Shown: positions 48,225 through 57,595 of the stretch, piece after piece | How the letters are laid out: each line of letters starts with the position of its first letter | How positions within the stretch are numbered: position 1 is the first letter of the stretch | NCBI GenBank assembly: GCA_016125275.1 | Contig: WGMB01000003.1 | Location: forward strand, 1,155,896-1,219,895 | DNA from: Acidobacteriota bacterium | Lineage (GTDB): Bacteria; Acidobacteriota; Terriglobia; Bryobacterales; UBA6623 | Reading direction: 5' to 3' | DNA length: 64,000 nucleotides | Notes under the pieces: model-generated | Databases searched by the model: none | Seen by the model: the letters and a program-made list of their open reading frames with translations, nothing else | What the model was told of the DNA's origin: nothing | Program-made: the position numbers and the translations under genes

Positions 48225-50008
48225 CGCGGCGGATCTTCGTCAAGGTCTTCCTGACCATCGTCGTCCTGCTGGCGATCGCCGGCCTGGGCGCGGAATTCCT
48301 CGTCAGCCGCATCACTGAGGAGAACCATCGCGCCGACCTCGACCAAGCCCTGCTCGAGAAGTCCCGTCTGACCCAGGCGCTGCTCGAAATCTCCGACCCG
48401 GCCTCCTATCCCGAGGTCGCCGCCGAGATCTCTCGGCGTGCGCTGGCGCGCGTCACCATCATCGACCGCCAGGGCAATCCCCTGGCTGACTCCGACGCCA
48501 ACCCCGAGCGGATGGAGAACCACGGCCAGCGGCCGGAGTTCATCGCCGCCCTGGCCGGCCGCACCGGCTACGCCACGCGCCATAGCGAAACCGTCGGCCA
48601 GGACCTGCGCTATTGCGCGGTGCCCATGAAGGGCGGGGCGGTACGGCTGGCGCTGCCGCTGTCGGCCATTGACGCCCGTGTGCAGGAGATTCGCAGCCAG
48701 ATCCTGCAGATGCTGGCGCTGGCCCTGGTGCCGGCGATGTTCATCGCCGCTTGGCTGGCGCGCAAGGTCTCCAGCCAGCTCTCGCAGGTCATCAGCTATT
48801 CCAAGCGCCTGGCGCAAGGCAACTTCCAAGCCAAGCTGCCCAACATGGGCGGCGGCGAGATCGGCGAGCTGGCTGACACTCTGCGGACCACCGGCGGCCA
48901 ACTCCGCTCGATGTTCGAGCAGTTGCAGGAGGAGCGCTCGCGCTTTGCCGCCGCCGTCAACGGCATCGGCGAAGGCATCCTCGTCGCCGACCGCAAGCTC
49001 CGCACCGTGCTGTTCAACCCGGCCATGGAGCAGATGCTGCCCAACACGCGCCTCTACAAGGGCGCATCCTTGGAGGAGTGGGAACGGCCGGAAGTCCCCG
49101 AGCTGTTCCGCAAGGTGCTCGAAGACGGCGAGGCCTGCTCGGTCGACATCCAGGTCCACGACCCCGTCGAGCGCTCCTGGAAGATTTCCTGCGCCCCCAT
49201 CCTCAGCCGCAAGGGCAAGGTCCACGCCGTGGTGGCCGTCTTCTACGACATCACCGAGCTCGAGCGCCTGGACCGCATGCGCAAGGACTTCGTGATCAAC
49301 GTCTCGCACGAGCTCCGCACGCCGCTGGCCGCCATCCAGGGCTACGCGGAAACCCTGCTCGACGGCGCCATCGACGAGCCCGGCACCAACCGCCGATTCA
49401 TGCGCATCCTGTGGCAGAACGCCGAGCGGCTGGCGCAGCTCACCGCCGATCTGATGACCCTGTCCCAGATCGAGGTCAGCACCCGCGAGTTCAGCTTCAC
49501 GCCGCACCTGTTGCGGGAGCTGCTCGAGCAGGCAGCGGACTCGAATCGAGCCATTGCCGAGAAGAAGTCCGTCACCGTCGAGGTCGCTCCCGTGCCCGAG
49601 GGCCTGCGCGTGGAATGCGACTCCGGCGCCATCCACCAGGTGCTCAACAACCTGCTCGACAACGCCATCAAGTACACCCCCGAGGGCGGCAGCGTCACCG
49701 TCGGCGCCACCGTCAGCCAGGAGGGCGACCGGGTGGAGCTGTTCGTGCGCGACACCGGGTTGGGCATCCCGCCCGAACACATCCCCCGGCTGTTCGAGCG
49801 CTTCTACCGAGTCGACAAGGCTCGCTCCCGCGAGCTCGGCGGCACCGGCCTGGGCCTGGCCATCGTCAAACACCTGGTCATGGCCCACCTCGGCTCCGTG
49901 CGGGTGGAGAGCGCGCCCGGCAAGGGCTCCACGTTCTTCTTCGAAATCCCCGTACGCCGGCCCGTGGACGCCCCCCAGGTGGACGGTCGCCAGCGGGTCT
50001 TGTTCTAA
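48221..50008 (+). CDS. sensor histidine kinase (TM, HAMP, PAS, HisKA, HATPase_c)
   Basis: ATG 48221 overlaps the response-regulator stop (ATGA). TM helix. H-box HELRTPLAAIQGY. N/G1/G2 boxes (…NLLDNAIKYT…DTGLGIP…GGTGLGLAIV…). Confidence 0.85.
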   Translation: MTRRIFVKVFLTIVVLLAIAGLGAEFLVSRITEENHRADLDQALLEKSRLTQALLEISDPASYPEVAAEISRRALARVTIIDRQGNPLADSDANPERMENHGQRPEFIAALAGRTGYATRHSETVGQDLRYCAVPMKGGAVRLALPLSAIDARVQEIRSQILQMLALALVPAMFIAAWLARKVSSQLSQVISYSKRLAQGNFQAKLPNMGGGEIGELADTLRTTGGQLRSMFEQLQEERSRFAAAVNGIGEGILVADRKLRTVLFNPAMEQMLPNTRLYKGASLEEWERPEVPELFRKVLEDGEACSVDIQVHDPVERSWKISCAPILSRKGKVHAVVAVFYDITELERLDRMRKDFVINVSHELRTPLAAIQGYAETLLDGAIDEPGTNRRFMRILWQNAERLAQLTADLMTLSQIEVSTREFSFTPHLLRELLEQAADSNRAIAEKKSVTVEVAPVPEGLRVECDSGAIHQVLNNLLDNAIKYTPEGGSVTVGATVSQEGDRVELFVRDTGLGIPPEHIPRLFERFYRVDKARSRELGGTGLGLAIVKHLVMAHLGSVRVESAPGKGSTFFFEIPVRRPVDAPQVDGRQRVLF

Positions 50009-50121
50009 CCCCTGCGTGGGGCATTTCCCGCAGCCGAAACGCCCCCTTTTCTGTGACGAAACATTAACGATCCGGTAACGGTTGCTTCAATTCCCTGCGA
50101 TAGCTTGGTTTTGAAACAATC

Positions 50122-50817
50122 ATGCGAACCATTGCACTCATCGAGGATGATCGCGACCTGCAGGAGCTGCTGCGCTACCGCCTGCAGCGCGAGGGCTACC
50201 GGTTGGTCGCCAGCGGCACGGGCAAGGACGCCGTCGACTTCCTGCTGCAGACCCACCCGGCCCTGCTGCTGCTCGACATCATGCTGCCGCACACCCCCGG
50301 GCTGGAGATCTGCAAGGCGATCCGCGCGCACCCCCGACTGGCCAACATGCCGATCATCTTTCTGTCGGCTCGCGGCTCTGAAGCCGACCGCGTGACCGGC
50401 CTGGAGCTCGGCGCCAACGACTATCTGGTCAAGCCGTTCTTCATGCGCGAGCTGCTGGCCCGCATCAAGCTGCACATCCTGCCGCGCAATGACCAGGAGC
50501 CGGTTCTCAACATCTCCGGCCTGGAGCTGGACCGTGAGCGCTTCGAGCTGCGCCGCAACGGCGAGAAGGTCTCGCTGACCGCCACGGAGTTCCGACTGCT
50601 GGCCTTCCTGATGAGCCGCCCGGGCCGGGTCTGCGGCCGCTCGGAGCTGATTAGCGAGGTTTGGGGGCGAGACCGCGACGTGGCCGACCGCGCCGTGGAC
50701 GTGTGCGTGCTTCGCCTGCGGCAAAAGCTCAACGACGCACCGGAAAAGCCGCGCTGGATCCATTCCGTTCGCGGCTTCGGTTACACCTTCGATCCGGACC
50801 GCGCCATTCAGGTCTAA
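50122..50817 (+). CDS. OmpR-family response regulator (second paralog, RR-HK-RR arrangement)
   Basis: Receiver domain (IEDDRDL; LLLLDIMLPHTPG) and winged helix (…RGFGYTF). Followed by a terminator hairpin. Confidence 0.85.
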   Translation: MRTIALIEDDRDLQELLRYRLQREGYRLVASGTGKDAVDFLLQTHPALLLLDIMLPHTPGLEICKAIRAHPRLANMPIIFLSARGSEADRVTGLELGANDYLVKPFFMRELLARIKLHILPRNDQEPVLNISGLELDRERFELRRNGEKVSLTATEFRLLAFLMSRPGRVCGRSELISEVWGRDRDVADRAVDVCVLRLRQKLNDAPEKPRWIHSVRGFGYTFDPDRAIQV

Positions 50818-50843
50818 AGGGACCGAATTGTTCGCATGAAAAA

Positions 50844-50880
50844 GGGGCGCGTCGCTTTGGGCGGCGCGCCCCTGTCGTGT
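50844..50880 (+). terminator. rho-independent terminator candidate after the second response-regulator gene
   Basis: 12-bp GC stem GGGGCGCGTCGC / GCGGCGCGCCCC (one G-U) with loop TTTGG, flanked by AAAAA upstream and TGTCGTGTT downstream. Confidence 0.5.
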
Positions 50881-51124
50881 TACGGGGAGACATTCACGAC
50901 AGTAAGTTCAGGAATGAAGGTGAAAAACCATCGCGCAGCAACGACGTTTCTCGGTACCAAGGTACTAGCGTCGAGAAGCCCGTCCGATCAGCGAATCCCC
51001 TTAATCTACCCAGGGAAGACCCCTAGACCCGTCCGCGCCCCTGGAACTCGGTGGTCGCGGCCGGCCTCTCGATCAAACGCATCTTCCGCCGCCACGGCCG
51101 AACCGGCCGCAGTACAATTTCTGC

Positions 51125-54100
51125 GTGCCGTCGCCCCGCCCCCTCGCCCCTCTTCTGCCGGCGCTTGCCGCTCTGTTGGCCGCCGTGGGATGCGGTTCCG
51201 CGCCTCCGCCTACTAACGGGAACTTGACCGTCCCCGAGGGCTACGAGATCGAGATCGCCGCCGCAGCGCCGTTGACCGAACGGCCTATGATCGTCAACTT
51301 CGACGACCAGGGGCGGCTCTACATCGCGGAGTCGTCGGGGTCGAATGACAAGGTCCAGCAGCAGCTCATCGACAAGCCGCACAGCATCCTGCGCCTGGAA
51401 GACACCGACGGCGACGGCAAGTTCGACCGCCGCACCGTCTTCGCCGACAAGATGATGCTGCCCGAGGGCGTGCTCTGGCACGACGGCTCGGTCTACGTCG
51501 GCGCGCCGCCGCAGTTGTGGAAGCTGACCGACACCGACGACGACGGCGTAGCCGACCAGCGCGAGGTCTTCTTCGACGGCAAGACGCTCACCAACTGCGC
51601 CAACGACATGCACGGCCCCTATCTGGGCCTCGACGGCTGGATCTACTGGACCAAGGGCGCCTTTGCCGAGCAGACCTACGAACGGCCGGGACGCGAGCCC
51701 CTGGTCACCAAGGCCGCCCACATCTTTCGCCGGCGGCCCGAAGGCGGCCCCATTGAAGCCGTCCTCACCGGCGGCATGGACAACCCCGTCGAAGTAGCCT
51801 TCACGCCGGAGGGCGAGCGCCTGCTGACCTCCACGTTCCTGGAGCAGCCCCGGCTGGGCCGCCGCGACGGCATCATCCACGCCGTCTACGGCGGCGTCTA
51901 CGGCAAGGTCCACGGCGTCACCGACTCGCACCCGATGACGGGCGGCTACCTACCGGCGATGACGCACTTGGGGCCGGCCGCGCCGGTCGGCCTGGCCTAC
52001 GCCGAAGCGGGCGAGGCGCGGGGCGACCTGTTCGCCACCCTGTTCAACATGCACAAGGTCATCCGCGTGGCGCTGACGCCGGCGGGCGCCACCTACACCG
52101 GCGAGCCGCAGGACTTTCTCGTCTCCGACAGCATGGATTTTCACCCGACCGACGTGACGCAGGACGCCGACGGCAGCCTGCTGGTCGTCGACACCGGAGC
52201 CTGGTACAAGATCTGCTGCCCGACCTCGCAGCTCTCCAAGCCCGACGTGCTGGGCGCGATCTACCGGATTCGCAAGACCGGGGCCCCAAGGGTGGACGAT
52301 CCGCGCGGCCTTTCGATGCCGTGGGACGTCGGCCCCGAGGAGCTGGTCGGGCGCTTGGGCGATGAGCGGCCGGCGGTGCGGCATCGCGCCATCGCCGCAT
52401 TGGCGAAGCAGGGCGAGCCGGCGGTCGCGGCCTTGGCGGGAATCTCTCCGTCGGCCTCGACCATGGCCCGCCGTAACGCCGTGTGGGCCTTGACGCGGAT
52501 CTCGGGCGAACCCGCCCGCGCGGCCGTCCGAGCGGCCTTGCAGACCGAGGACGAAAGCGTCGGCCACGCCGCCACCCACAGCGTGAGCGTCTGGCGCGAC
52601 GCGGCGGCGTTAGAGGCGTTGCTGGCCCAAGTCCAAGCGCCGAACGCCCCGCTCCAGCGGGCCGCCGCCGAGGCCCTGGGACGGCTCGGCGACCCAAAGG
52701 CCGCGCCGGCTCTGCTCGACGCGGTCGGCGCGACCGAAGACGAGATCCTGACGCATTCGCTGACCTACGCGCTGATCGAGATCGCCGATCCGGCCGCCGT
52801 CCGGCCCGCGCTGCGCTCGACCTCGCCGCGAGTCCGCCGCGCCGCAATGATCGCGCTCGACCAGATGCAGCCCGCGGCGCTGGAGCCGGCGACGGTGTTG
52901 CCGCTGCTGACGTCCAACGAGCCTCTGCTGGCCGAAACGGCCTCCTGGATCGCCACCCAGCACCCGGACTGGGGCGGCGCGCTTTCGGGCTACTTCCGCA
53001 GCCGTCTGGCGAAGGCCGCCGCGGGAGGTGAGTCGCTCGAAGCGCAGCTCGGCCGCTTCACCGCCGATCCGGCCATTCAGAAGCTGCTGGCCGAGTCCGC
53101 CCGCTCCGGCAATGTCGCCGCGCTGCGGGTGATGGCGAAGGCGCCCCTGAAGGAAATTCCCGAGAGCTGGCGGGCCGCAGTCGTCGCGGCCCTGGGCGGC
53201 TCCGGCGCCGCGCCGCTCGAAGCCGCCGTGCAGGCCGCGCGCGCTTGGCCTCAGCCGGAAAAGCCCGACGCCGCGCTGCAAGCCGCCCTGCTGCGCGTGG
53301 GTCGCAACGACAAAGCGCCGGACGCGGTGCGCGCGGCGGCCCTCGACGCCTCCGTCGAGAGCCTCGACGCCGTCGATCCCCTGACCTTTGACTTCCTGCT
53401 CGCCCGCGTAGCCCCGGATCAGCCCGTGCCGGTGCGAGGCCCCGCCGCCCGGGCTCTCTCGCGCGCGCCTCTCTCAACCGAACAGTTGACGGCGCTCACC
53501 GCCGCGCTGCCTCCGGCCGGGCCGATGGAGCTGCCCCTGCTGGTGGAAGCGTTTGGAGCCTCGTCCGACGGAACGGTCGGCGAGAAGTGGGTCGTCGCGC
53601 TGGCCGACGCCCGGGGTTTGGCCAACCTGCGCCCGGACATCCTCGAGAAGGCCGCCGCACCCTACCCGGAGCCGGTGCAAAAGAAGGCCGCGGCGTTGTT
53701 GGCCGGCCGCGCCGACGACCGGGCCGCGGACCAACAGAAGCTGCAAGCGCTGCTCGCCGAGCTGCCGGAAGGCGACGTGCGCCGCGGCCAGGCGGTCTTC
53801 AACAGCTCTGAAGCCTCGTGCTCCTCCTGCCACGCCATCGGCTACGCCGGGGGCCGCATCGGCCCGGGCCTGACGAAGATCGGCGAGATCCGCAGCCGCC
53901 AGGACCTGCTCGAAGCCGTGGTCTTCCCGTCAGCCAGCTTCGTGCGCAGCTTCGAGCCGCTAGTCATCCAGACCCAGGACGACATCTTCAACGGCGTGCC
54001 GATCGAGGAAGACGACGCCCAGATCACGCTGGCGCTCAACGCCGACGACCAAGCCCGCATCCTGCGCGCGGACATCGAGGAGGTTCGCCCGGGCACGGTG

Positions 54101-54196
54101 TCGGTCATGCCTTCGGGCTTGGCGGACCAGCTCAGCCGGCAACAACTGGCGGACTTGCTGGCCTTTTTGGAAGCCACGCGCTGGGGAGCGCGGTAG
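51125..54196 (+). CDS. PVC-type heme-binding protein paralog (dehydrogenase-like propeller + HEAT repeats + cytochrome c CxxCH), lipoprotein
   Basis: GTG start preceded by TACAAT at -6. Signal/lipobox …LLAAVGC. Same three-part architecture as 20783..23779. CSSCH heme motif near the C-terminus. Confidence 0.8.
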   Translation: MPSPRPLAPLLPALAALLAAVGCGSAPPPTNGNLTVPEGYEIEIAAAAPLTERPMIVNFDDQGRLYIAESSGSNDKVQQQLIDKPHSILRLEDTDGDGKFDRRTVFADKMMLPEGVLWHDGSVYVGAPPQLWKLTDTDDDGVADQREVFFDGKTLTNCANDMHGPYLGLDGWIYWTKGAFAEQTYERPGREPLVTKAAHIFRRRPEGGPIEAVLTGGMDNPVEVAFTPEGERLLTSTFLEQPRLGRRDGIIHAVYGGVYGKVHGVTDSHPMTGGYLPAMTHLGPAAPVGLAYAEAGEARGDLFATLFNMHKVIRVALTPAGATYTGEPQDFLVSDSMDFHPTDVTQDADGSLLVVDTGAWYKICCPTSQLSKPDVLGAIYRIRKTGAPRVDDPRGLSMPWDVGPEELVGRLGDERPAVRHRAIAALAKQGEPAVAALAGISPSASTMARRNAVWALTRISGEPARAAVRAALQTEDESVGHAATHSVSVWRDAAALEALLAQVQAPNAPLQRAAAEALGRLGDPKAAPALLDAVGATEDEILTHSLTYALIEIADPAAVRPALRSTSPRVRRAAMIALDQMQPAALEPATVLPLLTSNEPLLAETASWIATQHPDWGGALSGYFRSRLAKAAAGGESLEAQLGRFTADPAIQKLLAESARSGNVAALRVMAKAPLKEIPESWRAAVVAALGGSGAAPLEAAVQAARAWPQPEKPDAALQAALLRVGRNDKAPDAVRAAALDASVESLDAVDPLTFDFLLARVAPDQPVPVRGPAARALSRAPLSTEQLTALTAALPPAGPMELPLLVEAFGASSDGTVGEKWVVALADARGLANLRPDILEKAAAPYPEPVQKKAAALLAGRADDRAADQQKLQALLAELPEGDVRRGQAVFNSSEASCSSCHAIGYAGGRIGPGLTKIGEIRSRQDLLEAVVFPSASFVRSFEPLVIQTQDDIFNGVPIEEDDAQITLALNADDQARILRADIEEVRPGTVSVMPSGLADQLSRQQLADLLAFLEATRWGAR

Positions 54197-54206
54197 GGAC
54201 GCGCCC

Positions 54207-54434
54207 TCAGGGCCATCGCTGCGCGTGATGCAGCACGCGAACGACGGCCTCGTGGTCGATCAATTCGCCTTGGTCCGCTTGGTCGACTCCCTTCTCCACC
54301 TCTCGCCGAAACCAATCCTCGTGGTCCAGCGCTCGTTGGACCAGCCCCCTGACCAAGTCGCCCGCCTCGGCTCCGCTCCGTGCGGCGAGGGCTTGGAGGC
54401 GAGCCTCCTGCTCGGGAGTCAGTGACACTTCCAT
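54207..54434 (-). CDS. small ribbon-helix-helix / addiction-module-antidote-like protein (75 aa), no toxin partner
   Basis: MEVSLTPEQEARLQALAARSG… (strand then helix) followed by …DHEDWFRREVEKGVDQADQGELIDHEAVVRVL. ATG 54434 preferred over the 105-aa TTG-start ORF. Family assignment is tentative. Confidence 0.35.
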   Translation of the reverse strand: MEVSLTPEQEARLQALAARSGAEAGDLVRGLVQRALDHEDWFRREVEKGVDQADQGELIDHEAVVRVLHHAQRWP

Positions 54435-54652
54435 GGCTGCAAGATAACCCGCCGTAGGGGCCACGGTCCAGTCAGCTCGGCCGGCGCCGATCACGGCACA
54501 GTCATCCTCTGGCAAGCGCGGCAAGGCCGGCGCGGGGCCGCCTCTGGCTTGGCTGCATTCCGGAATCGTTCATCGCGCCAACGAAGCTTGCACGAGACGC
54601 CCGAGTACGGTCCGGTCAACTCGGTTACCCCGAGCCCTGCCCGAAAGCAAGC

Positions 54653-56605
54653 TCAAACCGGCCGGGCCAGCACCATCAACTGGTAAGGCTCCATCGCCAG
54701 CTCCTGCGTGGCCGTGATCGCCCGGCCCGCCACCAGATCGACCATCGTCTTGCGCAGCCCGATCAGCCGCAGTCGCCGGGCGTCCAGCGTCTGCGGTTTC
54801 TCGCTGAAGTTCGCCAGCACGAACAGGCTGGAGTCCTGGTGCGTCCGGAAGTAGCCGAACACGTGCGGGCTGCCGGTGTCGGCAATCTCCGTCTCGGCGC
54901 GGCTGAAGGTCGGGTTCTGGTAGCGAAGCTGAATCAGCCGCAATAATCCTTGGTAGATCCGCCCCGCCGGCTTGGTACCGTCGCCGCGCTGCTCGGCGCG
55001 ATCCCAGTCGAACCGCGCCCGGTGCAGCCACCGGGAGTCGCCGACCTTCTCGGCGTCCTGGTCATAGCCGTAGTCGTTGAGCATGCCGATCTCGTCGCCC
55101 AGATAGAACAGCGGAATCCCGCCGATCGTGATCAGCACCCCGTGCAGCAGCAACACGCGCCGCACGGCCAGGTCGATTCCCTCGGCGTCGTCCTCCGCGA
55201 CGGCCTTCTCCAACCCGGCCAGCGCAGCGCACGAGCCCGAGATGCGGGCGTCGCCGGTCTTGGGATTCTCCTGGAAGGGCGCGCCGCGCGAGAAGCTCTC
55301 CTTGTGCCGCCCGGTGTAGAAGCTCGCTAGAAAGCGGCGGTGGTCGGGGGGATTGTAGCCGGCCGCCACGATGTCTTCGTCGGAGAACGCCCAGCCGATG
55401 TCGTCATGGCAGCGGATGTAGTTCACCCAGGCGCAGCCGCCCGGCAGGTTGAAGCTGCGCTGCATGGCGCTGCGCAGCGGGCGAACGTCGCGGGTCGCCA
55501 GCGCATCCCACAGCAGCGCCATCAGTTGCGGGTTGTAGGAGAGCTGGCACTCCTCCATCCCGATGTACTTGCGCACCTCGTCGGGATGCACGATGGCCTC
55601 GGACTTGAACACCATCGCCGGCGCGGCGATGCTCGCCAGGGCGTTGAAAGCCTGAATGATCCAGTGAGCCTCGGGCAGGTTCTGGCAGTCGGTCCCCAGC
55701 CGCTTCCACAGGAAGGCCACGGCGTCCAGCCGCAGAATCTCCACGCCCTGGTTGGCCAGGAACAGCATTTCCCCGAGCATGCTGTTGAACACGGCGGGGT
55801 TCTCGTAGTTCAGGTCCCACTGGTAGTTGTGGAACGTCGTCCAGACCCACTTCTTGATCTGGTTGCGGTAGGTGAACGCGCCGGGCCGCTCGTCGGGAAA
55901 GACCTCCGGCAGGCTCCGGTCGTAGGCGTCCGGCTGCACGCGGTCCGGAAACATCCGGTAGTATTCCTGGAACTCCGGGTCGCCCGCCAACGCCTTCTTG
56001 GCCCACTCGTGCTCGTCGGAGGTGTGGTTGAAGACGAAGTCCAGCACCAGCGACACGCCGTGGCGGCGCAACGTCGTCGCCAAGTCGGCGAGCTGCTCCA
56101 TCGTTCCCAGCGCCGGGTCGACTTCGCGATAGCTCGACACCGCATACCCGCCGTCGTTGTCGCCCTCGGGCGAGCGGAAGATCGGCATCAGGTGCAGATA
56201 GGTCACGCCCAGCTCGGACAGATACGGGATCTTCTGGGCCAGCCCGTCGAGGTCTCCGGCGAACAGGTCCACGTAACACATGGCGCCGACCATGCGGTTG
56301 GACTGGTACCAGTTGGGGTCGACCTCGCGCAGGGCGTCCAGCGCCTTGAGCTCGTCGGGCCGGGCGATCCAGGCTTCGGTCGCGGTCGCCAGCACGGCCT
56401 CCAGGTGATAGAAGAAGTCGTACTCGCGGCCGTAGAGCTGGAACAGCCGTTCGAACAGGCGCGGGAAGTGGCGCTTCAGCCGCTCGACGTAGGCGTCCCA
56501 CTCCACCGGCTCCACCTGCCCCCGAAAGCGCTGCTCGATGCGCGGCAGCAGGCGCCGCAGGGAAGCCGTGGTCTCTTGCGCCATCCAGGCGCGATCCATC
56601 GTCAT
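54653..56605 (-). CDS. amylosucrase (GH13 subfamily 4-like sucrose glucosyltransferase)
   Basis: N-terminal …RLKRHFPRLFERLFQLYG… block is typical of amylosucrases. GH13 regions (…GVSLVLDFVFNHTSDEH…, …LRLDAVAFLWK…, …CHDDIGW…). Start ATG 56605 with AAGGG Shine-Dalgarno. Confidence 0.75.
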   Translation of the reverse strand: MTMDRAWMAQETTASLRRLLPRIEQRFRGQVEPVEWDAYVERLKRHFPRLFERLFQLYGREYDFFYHLEAVLATATEAWIARPDELKALDALREVDPNWYQSNRMVGAMCYVDLFAGDLDGLAQKIPYLSELGVTYLHLMPIFRSPEGDNDGGYAVSSYREVDPALGTMEQLADLATTLRRHGVSLVLDFVFNHTSDEHEWAKKALAGDPEFQEYYRMFPDRVQPDAYDRSLPEVFPDERPGAFTYRNQIKKWVWTTFHNYQWDLNYENPAVFNSMLGEMLFLANQGVEILRLDAVAFLWKRLGTDCQNLPEAHWIIQAFNALASIAAPAMVFKSEAIVHPDEVRKYIGMEECQLSYNPQLMALLWDALATRDVRPLRSAMQRSFNLPGGCAWVNYIRCHDDIGWAFSDEDIVAAGYNPPDHRRFLASFYTGRHKESFSRGAPFQENPKTGDARISGSCAALAGLEKAVAEDDAEGIDLAVRRVLLLHGVLITIGGIPLFYLGDEIGMLNDYGYDQDAEKVGDSRWLHRARFDWDRAEQRGDGTKPAGRIYQGLLRLIQLRYQNPTFSRAETEIADTGSPHVFGYFRTHQDSSLFVLANFSEKPQTLDARRLRLIGLRKTMVDLVAGRAITATQELAMEPYQLMVLARPV

Positions 56606-56647
56606 TACCCTTCTATTGTTGGTCACCCCGAACGGCAGGTCCAAACC

Positions 56648-57469
56648 TCAGCGCTGTAGGCCGCTGGCGGGAGGGTCATAGGGCTCCGGCAGGCGGACAT
56701 CCGCGCCGGCGGCCGGAACGTCGCGCCCCAGCGCCCACAGAATGCCGTTCACCAGCAGCCGTCGCACGCCCTCCTGCCGAAAATCGTCGGGATGGCCGAG
56801 CGTCGTGAAGAACACCCGTGCGCCGTTGTAGGTCTTCACCCACGCCACCGGCTGCGGCCCGTAGTCGAGGCCGTTGCGCGGATTCACGGCATGGCCGATC
56901 AGCAGCGGCTCGACGTCGCCGACCAGCGGATCGACCACGTACAGCCACGATGGAACCTGCATCTCGAGCGGCACGCCGCGCAAGACCGGGTGCCCGCCGG
57001 CGCCGGCCGCAACCGTCACGCGCGTGGTCGACAAGTGTCCGTGGTGGCGAATCCACTTCTGCCCAAACAGCCTCACGCCGAAGCCGTCGTTCCACAACGC
57101 CAACGGATGCCCCTCGGGGTAGTTGAACGAATGCGTGGAGGTGCGCAGCCCGACCAACGGTCGCCCTCTATGCAGGTAGTCGAGGATGTTCTGGAACTGT
57201 TCGGACGGCAGCCGCCGCCAGCGGAGGAAGAAGACGGCCAGGTCGGCGTCGGCCAGCGCTTCCAGGCCCTCGATGTTGTCTTCTGTGGCCGGCGTCGGGC
57301 GAGCGTAGGCGACGCTCGTCTCCAAACCCTGGCGCTCGGCGAGAATCTGGGCGATCATCGGCATGGAGGCCTCCGAGCGGTATTCGTGGTCGCCGGTGAC
57401 AAAGGCGACGTGCTGGGCTGAAGCGCCCGCAGCGAACAGCAGCAAGAGAACGAGGCGAGACACCGACAA
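56648..57469 (-). CDS. ThuA-like (trehalose-utilisation, type-1 glutamine amidotransferase-like) protein, secreted
   Basis: Signal peptide. …VFFTTLGHPDDF… is the ThuA family motif. Confidence 0.6.
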   Translation of the reverse strand: MSVSRLVLLLLFAAGASAQHVAFVTGDHEYRSEASMPMIAQILAERQGLETSVAYARPTPATEDNIEGLEALADADLAVFFLRWRRLPSEQFQNILDYLHRGRPLVGLRTSTHSFNYPEGHPLALWNDGFGVRLFGQKWIRHHGHLSTTRVTVAAGAGGHPVLRGVPLEMQVPSWLYVVDPLVGDVEPLLIGHAVNPRNGLDYGPQPVAWVKTYNGARVFFTTLGHPDDFRQEGVRRLLVNGILWALGRDVPAAGADVRLPEPYDPPASGLQR

Positions 57470-57595
57470 CAGTGTACTCGCCGCATGATTCCCGATAAAC
57501 GAGAATGCGACGGACGCTGTTGTTTCGCCGGGCCGGGGCGCGATAGCATGGCCCCATCAGAGGACCTCTCCATGCTGATATCTCGGAGATAGTGG

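Noticed and set aside
50836-51216. 126-aa ORF MKKGRVALGGAPLS… between the second response regulator and the PVC paralog
   Set aside because: Its start is formed by the A-tract and stem of the terminator hairpin, and it overlaps the promoter and TACAAT region of the downstream gene. No Shine-Dalgarno or domain.
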